Shown here one piece after another: positions 8,641 to 18,780 of a stretch of DNA of 64,000 nucleotides. The position numbers and the translations under genes are program-made. Numbering within the stretch: position 1 is the first letter of the stretch; each line of letters opens with the position of its first letter. The DNA is taken from positions 124,001 through 188,000 of IMG/VR virus record IMGVR_UViG_3300030085_002431. One strand, written 5' to 3'. Below the pieces are notes generated by a model. That model saw only the letters and a program-made list of their open reading frames with translations. It was not told where the DNA came from and ran no database searches.

Positions 8641-9421
8641 TTTATATTGTAACGATAGACTAGAACCATCATCTTCAGATAAGAACGAACAAAAGTTCAC
8701 TGACTGGGCATATGATGGTTCTGGTGTGGTTGACTTTTATGTCAATCAGAGAGCACTAGAACCATTTAGTAAGGTCAATGAAAGACCAACTTACATTTGG
8801 TTGCTAGAATCAAAACAAATCATTCAACCTTACTATGATTGGATTCTTGCAAACTACGACTTTGTTGCTTCCCGAGTGGACGGTATTATTAGTTGCGATA
8901 AAGAACTTTGTGCAAAGTACCCAAAGTTCATGTACTCGGTAACCAATGCTGCTCCTTGGGTGGTTGACCGTCAAATCTTTGAGAAGACTAAACTTGTTTC
9001 GATGATTTCTTCTAATAAGAGAATGATTCCTGGACATTTGAAGAGACTTGAGTTTGTTGAAAAGTTCAAGAACCAAGTTGACCTGTATGGTCGTGGATTC
9101 CAAGAGATTGATTGTAAAGAAGATGGTTTGCGTGACTATATGTTCTCTATTGCCGTAGAGAATGCTGTGTATGATACTTATTTCACAGAGAAACTAACAG
9201 ACTGTTTTGCTACTGGTACTATTCCAATCTTCTATGGGTGCAGAGGAGTTACTGAATACTTTAATGAAGATGGAATTATCTTCTTGGATGATGACTTTGA
9301 TGTATCTACATTGACTGAAGAACTTTATTATTCTAAAATGGATGCTATAAAGGATAACTATCAACGTTCACTGGAGTTTCCAGTAGCAGAAGATTATATC
9401 TACACTAACTATTTCAAATGA
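8624..9421 (+). CDS. GT10-like glycosyltransferase
   Basis: YMFSIAVEN...YFTEKLTDCFATGTIPIFYG. Confidence 0.85.
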   Translation: MTFKINLYCNDRLEPSSSDKNEQKFTDWAYDGSGVVDFYVNQRALEPFSKVNERPTYIWLLESKQIIQPYYDWILANYDFVASRVDGIISCDKELCAKYPKFMYSVTNAAPWVVDRQIFEKTKLVSMISSNKRMIPGHLKRLEFVEKFKNQVDLYGRGFQEIDCKEDGLRDYMFSIAVENAVYDTYFTEKLTDCFATGTIPIFYGCRGVTEYFNEDGIIFLDDDFDVSTLTEELYYSKMDAIKDNYQRSLEFPVAEDYIYTNYFK

Positions 9422-10068
9422 TTTACAAATATTTTAAAGATAACAATGTCAAAGTTGAAGGTGCTATTCATGTAGGGGCACATCGTGGTGAAGAAATCTA
9501 TGACTACGAGAAACTCGGAGCAAAGAAGGTTGTATGGATTGAACCTAATCCAGAAGTATTTGAAGAATTAGTTTGTTTCCTTGAAAATGCGGAGACCAGT
9601 GTAGAATCCACTGGTTTTTGTGTTGCTGCTGGAGATAGTGATAATGATGAGATTGATTTTCATGTATGTTATGGACCAGATGCTGGGTACATGGTTGGTA
9701 ACAAGGGTTGTTCTTCTCTCTTGAAACCTTGTAGTGACCAAATGAAAGAGTGGCACCAGAAAACTATTCAAGTTGAAGTTGCAAAACTAGACAGTATTAT
9801 TATAGATAATGAACTTTCATTTGAGGATTATCAAATTCTTGACATGGATACTCAAGGTGCAGAATTGATGGTTCTTAAAGGTGCTGATGAAGTTTTGAAT
9901 CATGTAAAATACATCACTACTGAAGCAACTTGGAATAATCCAGACTATCAAGGTGGGGTTATGTTTGATGAACTAACTGAGTATCTCAATAGTAAAGGAT
10001 TTACTCATGTAGAAACTTTTGAACATACTGAAGATTGGGGTGACGCATTGTTTGTGAAGGAAGACTGA
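9418..10068 (+). CDS. FkbM-family methyltransferase
   Basis: HVGAHRGEE, IEPNP, DTQGAEL, WGDALF. Confidence 0.88.
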   Translation: MIYKYFKDNNVKVEGAIHVGAHRGEEIYDYEKLGAKKVVWIEPNPEVFEELVCFLENAETSVESTGFCVAAGDSDNDEIDFHVCYGPDAGYMVGNKGCSSLLKPCSDQMKEWHQKTIQVEVAKLDSIIIDNELSFEDYQILDMDTQGAELMVLKGADEVLNHVKYITTEATWNNPDYQGGVMFDELTEYLNSKGFTHVETFEHTEDWGDALFVKED

Positions 10069-10910
10069 TGGCAATTTCATATAATCAACTAGGTTCTAAT
10101 GGTCGTCTGGGTAACCAGATGTTCCAGTATGCAGGTCTTCGTGGTATTGCTGCTAATCGTGGATTTGATTGGTTGATTCCACCACAGGATGCGGAGTCTA
10201 CATGTAATTATGGTCTTTTTGATTGTTTCAGAATGCAGTCAGTTGAAGATAAAAATATTGGATTCGGGCAAGGTCCCACACTTACTACAGGAAATTTTCA
10301 TTTCGATGAAGAACTGTTTAATAGTTGTCCAGACAATACTAACTTAAATGATTATCTTCAAACTGAAAAGTATTTTAGTGGAATAGAAAAAGACATTAGA
10401 TGTGACTTTGCGTTTAAAGATGACATCTATACTGATTGTAAAGAAATTATAGATGAAGTCGGTGACTGTATCTTTATTCATGTCCGTAGAGGAGATTATA
10501 TTGCTACTCCAGACCACCACCCATGCCTAACTGAAGAATACTATTTGGAAGGTCTCTCTCACTTTGATAAAGATATTCCTGTTCTTGTTTTTTCTGATGA
10601 CTTAGATTGGTGCAACCAACAAAAGTTTTTGGAAGGAGATAGGTTCTTGATTTCTGAAAATCATGTAACTTATTCTAATAAAATTAAACTTGGTGATGGT
10701 ACATTTCAGCACTCACTTGTTCCTTATTGGGATATGTGCTTGATGACTATGTGTAAAGGTGCTATAATTGCAAATAGTTCTATGTCCTGGTGGGGAGCAT
10801 GGCTACAGAATGATGCTGGTAAAGTAGTAGCACCAAAGAGATGGTTAGGAAAAGCATTTTCTAACTATAACATGTCTGATGTTACCCCTGATCGTTGGGT
10901 AAAAATTTAA
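10068..10910 (+). CDS. GT11 alpha-1,2-fucosyltransferase-like #1
   Basis: GRLGNQMFQYA, HVRRGDY, NSSMSWWGAWL. Confidence 0.92.
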   Translation: MAISYNQLGSNGRLGNQMFQYAGLRGIAANRGFDWLIPPQDAESTCNYGLFDCFRMQSVEDKNIGFGQGPTLTTGNFHFDEELFNSCPDNTNLNDYLQTEKYFSGIEKDIRCDFAFKDDIYTDCKEIIDEVGDCIFIHVRRGDYIATPDHHPCLTEEYYLEGLSHFDKDIPVLVFSDDLDWCNQQKFLEGDRFLISENHVTYSNKIKLGDGTFQHSLVPYWDMCLMTMCKGAIIANSSMSWWGAWLQNDAGKVVAPKRWLGKAFSNYNMSDVTPDRWVKI

Positions 10911-10924
10911 TTTATCAAAATAAA

Positions 10925-11851
10925 ATGGAAGTTATTTACGGGAGAAGCAGAGGTCAATATGATGACCCTGTTTTCAATTTAGGATTTGAAGCATACACAG
11001 ATGTAGCAAGGGATTGCTATTTGTTTTTGTCTGACTTTCATAATAACATTACTTCTTCTGCATTTAACGATAAAGAAAAGGTAGTCCTCACACTGGAAGA
11101 ACCAAATTTTTGCCTCTCTAATAGGCAAGATTTGGGATGTGTTACTGCTCATACATACGCAGATAAAATCTTGACACTTTGCCCATATACAGCAGAGTGT
11201 TTTGATGAAAGAGAGCAATGCTGGTTTCCTATTGATGATAAATTTGAACCAGAAAATAAGGAAAAGGAAATAGATTTCTTTTATATTGGACAAGCACCCA
11301 CGTTCCCTGCTGGGTCTTTTAAGTCATACTTTGATAATGTTTTAGTTCCAAACTATAATACTCAACTTGGATTTTGGCATAATGCTGGAACAGACCACAT
11401 AGGTAGGTTTAATGCAAGTGTCACTAATGTAAATTATGCAGGAAAACTTGAGTATTTTGCTAAGGCAAAAGCAACTCTAGTTCATGGTATTGATAACTTC
11501 TGGAGACATGGTAGTTCCCCTCAGCAATTTTTAGATTTTCCTAGATCATTTTATAATAAGGCATTCACTCATCTTGAGGATGGTATTATTCCACAACTCA
11601 AGTCCAGAGTTTTTGAAGCAGCATTGTGTAAGACTCTTATGCTTTGTCAAAGAGACCCTTGGAATGTTATTGAATACTATTTTACTCCAGGAGAAGATTT
11701 CATATACATCGATAATGAAAACCACTTGAAGGAAGTAGCAGAGGATGTTATCAATAACTACGATAAGTATAATTTTATGGTAGAAAATGCATACAATAAG
11801 TTAAAGAATAACTACACCACTAAACACTTTGTTGATAAATTCTTAAAATGA
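10925..11851 (+). CDS. Glycosyltransferase (CgeB/Glyco_trans_1_2-like)
   Basis: KSRVFEAALCKTL...YFTPGEDFIY C-terminal motif. Confidence 0.75.
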   Translation: MEVIYGRSRGQYDDPVFNLGFEAYTDVARDCYLFLSDFHNNITSSAFNDKEKVVLTLEEPNFCLSNRQDLGCVTAHTYADKILTLCPYTAECFDEREQCWFPIDDKFEPENKEKEIDFFYIGQAPTFPAGSFKSYFDNVLVPNYNTQLGFWHNAGTDHIGRFNASVTNVNYAGKLEYFAKAKATLVHGIDNFWRHGSSPQQFLDFPRSFYNKAFTHLEDGIIPQLKSRVFEAALCKTLMLCQRDPWNVIEYYFTPGEDFIYIDNENHLKEVAEDVINNYDKYNFMVENAYNKLKNNYTTKHFVDKFLK

Positions 11852-12768
11852 AAAAGTACATTGTAACTACTACTATTAATCCTCCAACAAAAGCAACTCA
11901 TCTTTATGCAGATAAAGAGGATTGGACTCTTGTAGTTGTTGGTGATACAAAGACACCACATGAAGAGTACGAGAAATTAAACTGTGTTTATCTTTCTCCT
12001 GAGCAACAAGAGGAGATGTGTCCAGAACTGTCTGATATTATTGGGTGGAAATCAATCCAAAGAAGAAACCTTGGATTTGTATATGCATATAATCAAGGTG
12101 CAGATATTGTTGCTACTGTTGATGATGATAATATTCCATATGATGATTGGGGTAAGAACGTTGTAGTTGGTCAAACCATTGAGTGTGACTTGTATGAACC
12201 AGATGAAAGGGTATTTGACCCCCTGTCCGTTACCAACACTCCAAATATTTGGCATCGGGGATTCCCCATCGAATTGCTTCAGGACAGGCATAGGGTTGAA
12301 TATAAAGGAAAGACTCAAAGAAAGGTTTTGGTTCAGGCAGACCTTTGGGATGGTGACCCTGACATTGATGCAATGGCAAGACTTACGATGAAACCAATCG
12401 TAAAATATGAAGTAGAAAAACCATATTGTTCTAATACTATTTCTCCATTTAATAGTCAGAATACATTCCTTGCTAGAGAAGTTATTCCTTTTTATTCAGT
12501 ATTTCCTCACGTTGGTCGTATGGATGATATTTGGGGTGCTTATGTACTTCAGAAGTATTTTCCCAATAGTGTGGTCTATAACAAAGCATCTGTTTACCAA
12601 GATAGAAATGTTCAAGATTTGGTGACCAATCTCGAAAAGGAAGTCATTGGTTATAGAAATACAATGAAGTTCATTGATAATCTAGAATATTGGAACTACA
12701 CAGCTCTGTCACCTATTCCAGAAAGAACAGTTGACTACTGGAAAGCATATAGACAATGCTTTAAATAA
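11848..12768 (+). CDS. STELLO/DUF288-like glycosyltransferase
   Basis: VTTTINPPT, VVGDTKTP, RRNLGFVYA, DDDN, HRGFP, DPDIDA, FNSQNT, RMDDIW. Confidence 0.82.
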   Translation: MKKYIVTTTINPPTKATHLYADKEDWTLVVVGDTKTPHEEYEKLNCVYLSPEQQEEMCPELSDIIGWKSIQRRNLGFVYAYNQGADIVATVDDDNIPYDDWGKNVVVGQTIECDLYEPDERVFDPLSVTNTPNIWHRGFPIELLQDRHRVEYKGKTQRKVLVQADLWDGDPDIDAMARLTMKPIVKYEVEKPYCSNTISPFNSQNTFLAREVIPFYSVFPHVGRMDDIWGAYVLQKYFPNSVVYNKASVYQDRNVQDLVTNLEKEVIGYRNTMKFIDNLEYWNYTALSPIPERTVDYWKAYRQCFK

Positions 12769-12799
12769 GTGATAAAATAGTAACTAGTAGAGGTTGTCA

Positions 12800-13669
12800 A
12801 TGCTTAGTTTTAATAAACTTGGAAAGTCAGGTCGTCTGGGTAACCAGATGTTTCAGTATGCAGCACTAAGAGGTATTGCTGCGAATCGTGGATTTGATTG
12901 GGTTATACCTCCTCCAGAAGCAGGAGGTATTGGTGACTTTGGTGAAGAGAATAATTACTGCATGTTTGATACATTTAAAATGCCACATGCAACTAGAGAG
13001 CATCAAGCAATTTCTAATACTCAACAGTGGGCAGTATGGAAAGAGTTTCACTTTAATGAGCAACTCTTTAATGAGTGTCCAGACAATGTAAACCTTGATG
13101 GATATTTTCAATCAGAAAAGTATTTCAAGAACGTTGAAAAAGAAATTAGAGAAGATTTTATCTTCCAAGATGAAATCTTAAATCCATGTAAAGAGATGAT
13201 TGATAGTCTCGGTGATGGTCGTAAGATTTTCTTACACATTCGTAGAGGTGACCCTAAACTTCAGTGGGCATATGTCAATCTTCAGAATGCACATCCACTT
13301 CAAACTTGGGATTACTATGAAAAGGCACTTGCTGAATTTCCTGATGATATTCCTGTCATTGTATTCTCTGATGTTATTGAGTGGTGTCGTGAACAAGAAT
13401 TCTTCAAACCAGACAGATTCATACTCTCAGAGTCAACTGATGAATTTTCTGATGGGCAACGAGTACCATGGACTGACCTTTGCTTGATGAGTCTTTGTAC
13501 TGATGCTATCATTGCCAATTCTTCGTTCTCTTGGTGGGGTGCTTGGTTGATGGAGAATAAAGATAAGAAAATTATTGCACCTAAGAAATGGTTTGGACAG
13601 CAGTTTTCTCACTATGATATGAGTAACCTGATTCCTAAAGATTGGATTGAAATTATGGATGAGGGTTGA
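12800..13669 (+). CDS. GT11-like #2
   Basis: GRLGNQMFQYA, HIRRGD, NSSFSWWGAWL. Confidence 0.92.
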   Translation: MLSFNKLGKSGRLGNQMFQYAALRGIAANRGFDWVIPPPEAGGIGDFGEENNYCMFDTFKMPHATREHQAISNTQQWAVWKEFHFNEQLFNECPDNVNLDGYFQSEKYFKNVEKEIREDFIFQDEILNPCKEMIDSLGDGRKIFLHIRRGDPKLQWAYVNLQNAHPLQTWDYYEKALAEFPDDIPVIVFSDVIEWCREQEFFKPDRFILSESTDEFSDGQRVPWTDLCLMSLCTDAIIANSSFSWWGAWLMENKDKKIIAPKKWFGQQFSHYDMSNLIPKDWIEIMDEG

Positions 13670-13670
13670 T

Positions 13671-14483
13671 ATGGATTTATCTTTTATTATTCCTATTAAG
13701 ATTGAGTCTCTAGACCGTCTTAGAAACTGTATTACAATTCTCAGTTATCTTCGTAACGTAGTTCCTGATGCAGACATCTACATTAAAGAGGTAGATGAGA
13801 AGTCAAAGTTTACTCAGTATGTTCTTCCTGAAGTTCAGAAGAATGCTGATACTTCTAAAATTCATCATACGTTTCAAGAAAATCCAGATGATGCTTTGTT
13901 CCATAGAACAAGATACATCAATGATTTGTTTCTACAAACTAATAGTAAAGTAGTTTGGCATTACGATATTGATGTTCTCTTTCCAAGAGATACTTATCTA
14001 GCAACATATAATATGATTGCTAATCATGGTTATGACTTCGTATATCCTTTTGGTTGTGGTCCTTACCAGAATGCAATCAATTATGATGATGCAATGTATG
14101 AAAGATTTATTAACTCTGGATATAATCTAGAATTATTAAAAACTGATTATTTCAGATTACCAGCAACTGTAGGATTCTCTCAGGTTTTTAATGCTGAGTC
14201 CTATGCTAAGTTTGGATTTATGAATGAGAACTTTGTTTCCTGGGGATGTGAAGACTGTGAACTATATTACAGAATGAATATTCTTGGATATAAAGTTGGT
14301 CGTGTCATGCATGACGTGTATCATCTAGAGCACTCTAGAACATTCAACTCTCACTATCACAATCCTAAGTTTAACGAAAACAATCAATTGTGGCAGTGGT
14401 TTAGACATCAAGATGTTGATGTTGTTAGAAAGTATTATGAAGACCAGAAGTATGTAAAAGAACGGAGGGCACAATGGACCTAA
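13671..14483 (+). CDS. GT2/GT7-C-like glycosyltransferase #1
   Basis: SFIIP, YDID, MNENFVSWGCED, YHLEH. Confidence 0.85.
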   Translation: MDLSFIIPIKIESLDRLRNCITILSYLRNVVPDADIYIKEVDEKSKFTQYVLPEVQKNADTSKIHHTFQENPDDALFHRTRYINDLFLQTNSKVVWHYDIDVLFPRDTYLATYNMIANHGYDFVYPFGCGPYQNAINYDDAMYERFINSGYNLELLKTDYFRLPATVGFSQVFNAESYAKFGFMNENFVSWGCEDCELYYRMNILGYKVGRVMHDVYHLEHSRTFNSHYHNPKFNENNQLWQWFRHQDVDVVRKYYEDQKYVKERRAQWT

Positions 14484-15301
14484 GTTTTTTGATTCCAACT
14501 AAGATTGAATCTGAAGATAGACTTAGAAATGTATGTACTGTTCTTGGATTTTTATTAAACAACTTTGATGCTCAGATTCTTATTAAGGAAGTAGATGATG
14601 AGCAAAACGTAAAGAAGTTTGTCTTTCCTTTAATCTATAAAAGATTTACATGTATTCCTGATAACCTTCATTACCTTTATGAAAAACCAACAACTGAGTA
14701 TTTTCATAAGACAAAAATTCTCAATGATTTGATTGAGGAATCTGAAACAACAGTTGTTGCTAACTATGACACTGATGTAATTCTTCCAACTCGTTGCATT
14801 CAAGCAGCATATGAACTAATTGCAAATGGAACTTCTGATGCTGTATATCCATATGCTGTAGGACCATATCAGAAAGCAGTTAGATATTCACCTGAAATGT
14901 TTGATGAGTTCTTTAACTCTCCTATGGGTGATAACGACATTGCTACCACACTTGAAAAAGATTTTTACGTTAGTAGTTCTACAATTGGTTGGTGTCAGTT
15001 CATCAGAAAAGAAAACTATATTAATTCTTTCATGATGAATGAGTCTTTTGCAGCATGGGGTCCAGAAGATTGTGAGTTACATTATCGTTTACTTGCAATG
15101 GGAAATAAGGTTGACAGAATACAACAATATGTTTATCATTTAGAACACTCCCGTACCCAAGATTCTTGGTTCAATAATCCGAAGTGGCAAGAAAATATGA
15201 AACTGTGGGAGTGGATTCGGACTCAAGATAGGGAACAACTATCTTCATACTATAGAAACCAGGAATACTTTAAGGAGAGAATTGTAAATGCTGGCATTTA
15301 A
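14474..15301 (+). CDS. GT2/GT7-C-like glycosyltransferase #2
   Basis: Paralog of preceding gene; YDTD, WGPED, YHLEH. Confidence 0.85.
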   Translation: MDLSFLIPTKIESEDRLRNVCTVLGFLLNNFDAQILIKEVDDEQNVKKFVFPLIYKRFTCIPDNLHYLYEKPTTEYFHKTKILNDLIEESETTVVANYDTDVILPTRCIQAAYELIANGTSDAVYPYAVGPYQKAVRYSPEMFDEFFNSPMGDNDIATTLEKDFYVSSSTIGWCQFIRKENYINSFMMNESFAAWGPEDCELHYRLLAMGNKVDRIQQYVYHLEHSRTQDSWFNNPKWQENMKLWEWIRTQDREQLSSYYRNQEYFKERIVNAGI

Positions 15302-16145
15302 TGGTTTGGGTAACAATGGTCGTCTGGGAAACCAGATGTTCCAGTATGCAGCACTGAGAGGCATTGCTGCATTTAAAGGATATGATTGGTGTATTCCTCA
15401 TTGGAATACACCTAGGGTAGATAACTATAGTCTTGGTAATTGCTTCCAGATGGGTAGTGTTCAACCCTCTAACATGAAAATCCTGGATAATGGATATGCC
15501 CCAACAGTGATTGAAAGATACTTTCATTATGATGAGGAGATGAAATCTCTTTGTCCTAATGATGTTTCTATTCATGGTTTCTTTCAAACCGAAAAATATT
15601 TCGCACATATTATAGATACCATTCGTAGAGATTTTACTTTCCACGATGAAATCTTGAATCCATGTAAAGAGATGATTGATTCTCTTGATAAGCAACCTCT
15701 ATTCCTCCATGTTCGTAGAGGTGACCCAAATCTCGTTGATGCTCGGGGATTTAAGTGGTCATATACTGAATGCTCTGACCAGCATCCTCCTCAACCTCTT
15801 GCTTACTATGAAGAAGCACTCAAGGAGTTTCCTGAGGACCAACCAGTTGTTGTTTGTTCTGACTCTCCTGAGTGGGTTAATGACCAGGAATTCTTTAATG
15901 ATGATAGATTCTTAGTATCTGAACCTGAAGATAAGTATCCTGATGGTTCTTACACACCTTATGTGGACCTCTGTCTTATGAGTTTGTGTAAGGGTGCAAT
16001 TATTGCTAACTCATCATTGTCATGGTGGGGTGCATGGTTGCAAAATGGTGCAGGAACTGTTGTTGCACCTAAGACCTGGTTTGGTCCGACTTATGCTGAC
16101 AAAGATACTAGTGACCTTTATTGTGAAGGTTGGAAAGTTATCTAA
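15288..16145 (+). CDS. GT11-like #3
   Basis: GRLGNQMFQYA, HVRRGD, NSSLSWWGAWL. Confidence 0.92.
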   Translation: MLAFNGLGNNGRLGNQMFQYAALRGIAAFKGYDWCIPHWNTPRVDNYSLGNCFQMGSVQPSNMKILDNGYAPTVIERYFHYDEEMKSLCPNDVSIHGFFQTEKYFAHIIDTIRRDFTFHDEILNPCKEMIDSLDKQPLFLHVRRGDPNLVDARGFKWSYTECSDQHPPQPLAYYEEALKEFPEDQPVVVCSDSPEWVNDQEFFNDDRFLVSEPEDKYPDGSYTPYVDLCLMSLCKGAIIANSSLSWWGAWLQNGAGTVVAPKTWFGPTYADKDTSDLYCEGWKVI

Positions 16146-16747
16146 TGGGTAAGAATATATTCTTCATATTTGGAACAGTGAGAACTAGAAGCACCTGGTT
16201 CTCTAACCTGTTTACATATAAAGATAGTTTTTGTTATAATGAGGAATCCAGATATTTGAGAAGTCTGGATGAAATTTATGAACGTATTGATAGAAGACCA
16301 GAGAAAAACGTAGGATTCTCTGACCCAGAGATGTTTCATTATGTTGATAAAATTCATGAGATGTTTCCTAATGCAAAGTATTTGCTTTTAGACCGTGAGT
16401 ATGATAAGTGCTTAGCATCACATCACCTCATGTCAGATTTTCCTGTAAAACAAATGGTTCCCAAGTTTCAATTTTGGGCATGTAATACAGAATATTTGAA
16501 AAGAAATGTCAAATACCATAAAATTCATTTCGATGAAATGGATGATATGAAAAAAGTACAGAAGTGTTGGGAATATATTCTTCCAGATTGCCACTTTGAT
16601 GTTGGTAGATACAATCAACTAACAGCAATGGCAATCAAAGTGACTATCTCTACTAAACCAGAACTGCCCTACGACGATTGTATCGCACCTTATTTCGATT
16701 ATGACCACCCAGTTTTCAACTCTAGACAAAAACAAAGCAGCATTTAA
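16145..16747 (+). CDS. Sulfotransferase-like P-loop protein
   Basis: FFIFGTVRTRSTW resembles the 5'-PSB loop; LLDR...S resembles 3'-PB. Confidence 0.5.
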   Translation: MGKNIFFIFGTVRTRSTWFSNLFTYKDSFCYNEESRYLRSLDEIYERIDRRPEKNVGFSDPEMFHYVDKIHEMFPNAKYLLLDREYDKCLASHHLMSDFPVKQMVPKFQFWACNTEYLKRNVKYHKIHFDEMDDMKKVQKCWEYILPDCHFDVGRYNQLTAMAIKVTISTKPELPYDDCIAPYFDYDHPVFNSRQKQSSI

Positions 16748-17513
16748 GCTAAAGGGATTTGGTCCTGTATACTACATCAACCTTGATGGGCAACCAGAAA
16801 GGAAAGAGTATATGGAAGAGCAGTTCAAGTATTGGGAGATTGAGAACTATACTCGTATCTCTGGATATGATGGACGTGACGATGACCTTAGTGATATAAT
16901 TAAGGGACGTTATCCTGAGATGATGACACCAGGTGAGATTGGATGCACCACTTCTCACCTGAAAGCAATTAAGGAGTTCTATGAAAATAGTGATGAACCT
17001 TATGCTATCATTGTCGAGGATGACCTTGATTTGCAACTAGTTCATAACTGGTGCTTTACATGGAAAGAGTTTTACTCTAAGATTCCATACGATTGGGATG
17101 TTGTTCAACTCGCAATCATCTGTACGGGAAACCTCCATATTTCCCTACACAAGAGATTCGTAAATGATTTCTCTACTGCTGCCTATGTGATTTCACGTCA
17201 CCACGCAGCAAAACTTGTCAAACTTCACTGCAGAGGTGACAAATATAAACTGGACAATGGTGTTAAACCTCGTGCAGTTGCAGATGATTTAATCTACAAC
17301 TCAGGTAATACCTTCTCTGTACCAGTGCTTCTGTATAAGATTGCTCTTGGGTCTTCTATCCACCCAGACCATATTGACATTTTCCATCGTTCGAGTCATG
17401 ATGGTCTTCTGAATTGGTGGCAACAGAACGGTGCCAACGTTCAACTTGATGCTTTGATGACTTATGACCCGTACTACGGTCGGGTATCCGAACCAGAAAA
17501 GCAACAAACTTGA
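16701..17513 (+). CDS. GT25 glycosyltransferase
   Basis: YYINLD...ER, GEIGCTTSH, IVEDD, STAAYVIS. Confidence 0.88.
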   Translation: MTTQFSTLDKNKAAFKLKGFGPVYYINLDGQPERKEYMEEQFKYWEIENYTRISGYDGRDDDLSDIIKGRYPEMMTPGEIGCTTSHLKAIKEFYENSDEPYAIIVEDDLDLQLVHNWCFTWKEFYSKIPYDWDVVQLAIICTGNLHISLHKRFVNDFSTAAYVISRHHAAKLVKLHCRGDKYKLDNGVKPRAVADDLIYNSGNTFSVPVLLYKIALGSSIHPDHIDIFHRSSHDGLLNWWQQNGANVQLDALMTYDPYYGRVSEPEKQQT

Positions 17514-17543
17514 CATTAACCAATTCTTAGGATAGTATAAATA
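17510..17543 (+). promoter_or_regulatory. Overlapping sigma70 promoter and T4-late TATAAATA
   Basis: TTGACA-17-TAGTAT; TATAAATA 17536-17543. Confidence 0.7.
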
Positions 17544-17660
17544 CTTAACCTTTTGCAAAACTTCACACTTAGTTACAAAAGGCACAAAACGAAGACATGT
17601 CGAGTCTTCTATCATCTGTGGGTTGAACTCCACAAGTAAAAATTAAGAGGTATTAATTCA

Positions 17661-18032
17661 ATGATTAAGTCTATTTTCGCAGCAACTGCTGCTCTTTCCG
17701 TATCCGCTGGTGCTGCTGTTGCAGGTCCCTACGTTAATGTAGAGGCAAATGCAGGTTGGACTGGTGATGACTACACTGGTTCCGTTACCGACATCCACGT
17801 AGGCTACGAGGGTGCTCTCGGTGATTCTGGTGCTTCATACTACGTACAGGGTGGCCCTGCGATCGTGGCTGTGGACGGTGCTGACACCGAGACTGAGTTC
17901 TCTGGTAAAGCAGGTGTTGGCGTCCCCGTTACCGATGCAATCGGAGTATATGGTGAGGTTTCCTTCCTGACCACAGACGACTCTGACGACCTCGGCGTTG
18001 GTGGTAAATTGGGTGTTAAATACTCCTTCTGA
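17661..18032 (+). CDS. Small outer-membrane beta-barrel protein
   Basis: Signal peptide, amphipathic beta strands, C-terminal VKYSF; host-like codon usage. Confidence 0.75.
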   Translation: MIKSIFAATAALSVSAGAAVAGPYVNVEANAGWTGDDYTGSVTDIHVGYEGALGDSGASYYVQGGPAIVAVDGADTETEFSGKAGVGVPVTDAIGVYGEVSFLTTDDSDDLGVGGKLGVKYSF

Positions 18033-18066
18033 GTAGAGTAGACATATAAACATCTAGGTGTTAGAT

Positions 18067-18090
18067 TGGGGTGCGACGGCACCCCTTTTT
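18067..18090 (+). terminator. Intrinsic terminator
   Basis: GGGGTGC-GACG-GCACCCC-T5. Confidence 0.8.
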
Positions 18091-18091
18091 A

Positions 18092-18283
18092 ATGTTCAAA
18101 AAGATTCTACTTTCTCCTGTCACTCACTTCAATATCTTAATCGTAGGATTTTTTATTCTTGTTGGTGTGATGCACAATAACTATCATCATCGTATGGATG
18201 AAGATGTTCATGGTTATGTGAGAAAATTTTGTGAAAAGAATCTTGAGAAATGTCAGGATATTGTTGAAGGAGATGATTACTGA
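18092..18283 (+). CDS. Small membrane protein
   Basis: TM plus His-rich segment and Cys pair. Confidence 0.6.
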   Translation: MFKKILLSPVTHFNILIVGFFILVGVMHNNYHHRMDEDVHGYVRKFCEKNLEKCQDIVEGDDY

Positions 18284-18286
18284 ATA

Positions 18287-18760
18287 ATGAGTAACGTACA
18301 GTTCAAAAAACATCGAGTCTTTCGGGAGACCGACTCTGTTATTTTCTACGACATTTCTGTAGAGAATTCAAATGCATCGGACCTAGTAGTGCATACTGGA
18401 CCTGCAATCTCCCCTCCTAATGATATTGTTGGTGCAAAACAATTTTATATTCATCGTCATCAGACTGATAACAATCGTGTTCTTTCTGGTGTCCGTACCT
18501 TTGAGTTGATTAATCCTGAGTGGAAGTATCCATATCACATTGTTCACCTTAATCGGTCCTCTGGTGCCCTTGTAATCCCAACCAACACATATCATCGTTC
18601 TATTTCTGGTGAAGATGGTTCAATCGTCATTAACCAGGCAATTAGAGACGATGAATTTAATGCTGATACTGAGTTTGTTCCTGTATCTACAGCACAAAAT
18701 AAACAAATATATGATATTCTATCTCATGAAAAGCCAGTGATTCATAACATTGGTGAATGA
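18287..18760 (+). CDS. Cupin-like protein
   Basis: YIHRHQTD...LVIPTNTYHRS two-motif cupin pattern. Confidence 0.65.
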   Translation: MSNVQFKKHRVFRETDSVIFYDISVENSNASDLVVHTGPAISPPNDIVGAKQFYIHRHQTDNNRVLSGVRTFELINPEWKYPYHIVHLNRSSGALVIPTNTYHRSISGEDGSIVINQAIRDDEFNADTEFVPVSTAQNKQIYDILSHEKPVIHNIGE

Positions 18761-18780
18761 TAAGTATATTTTACTACAGA

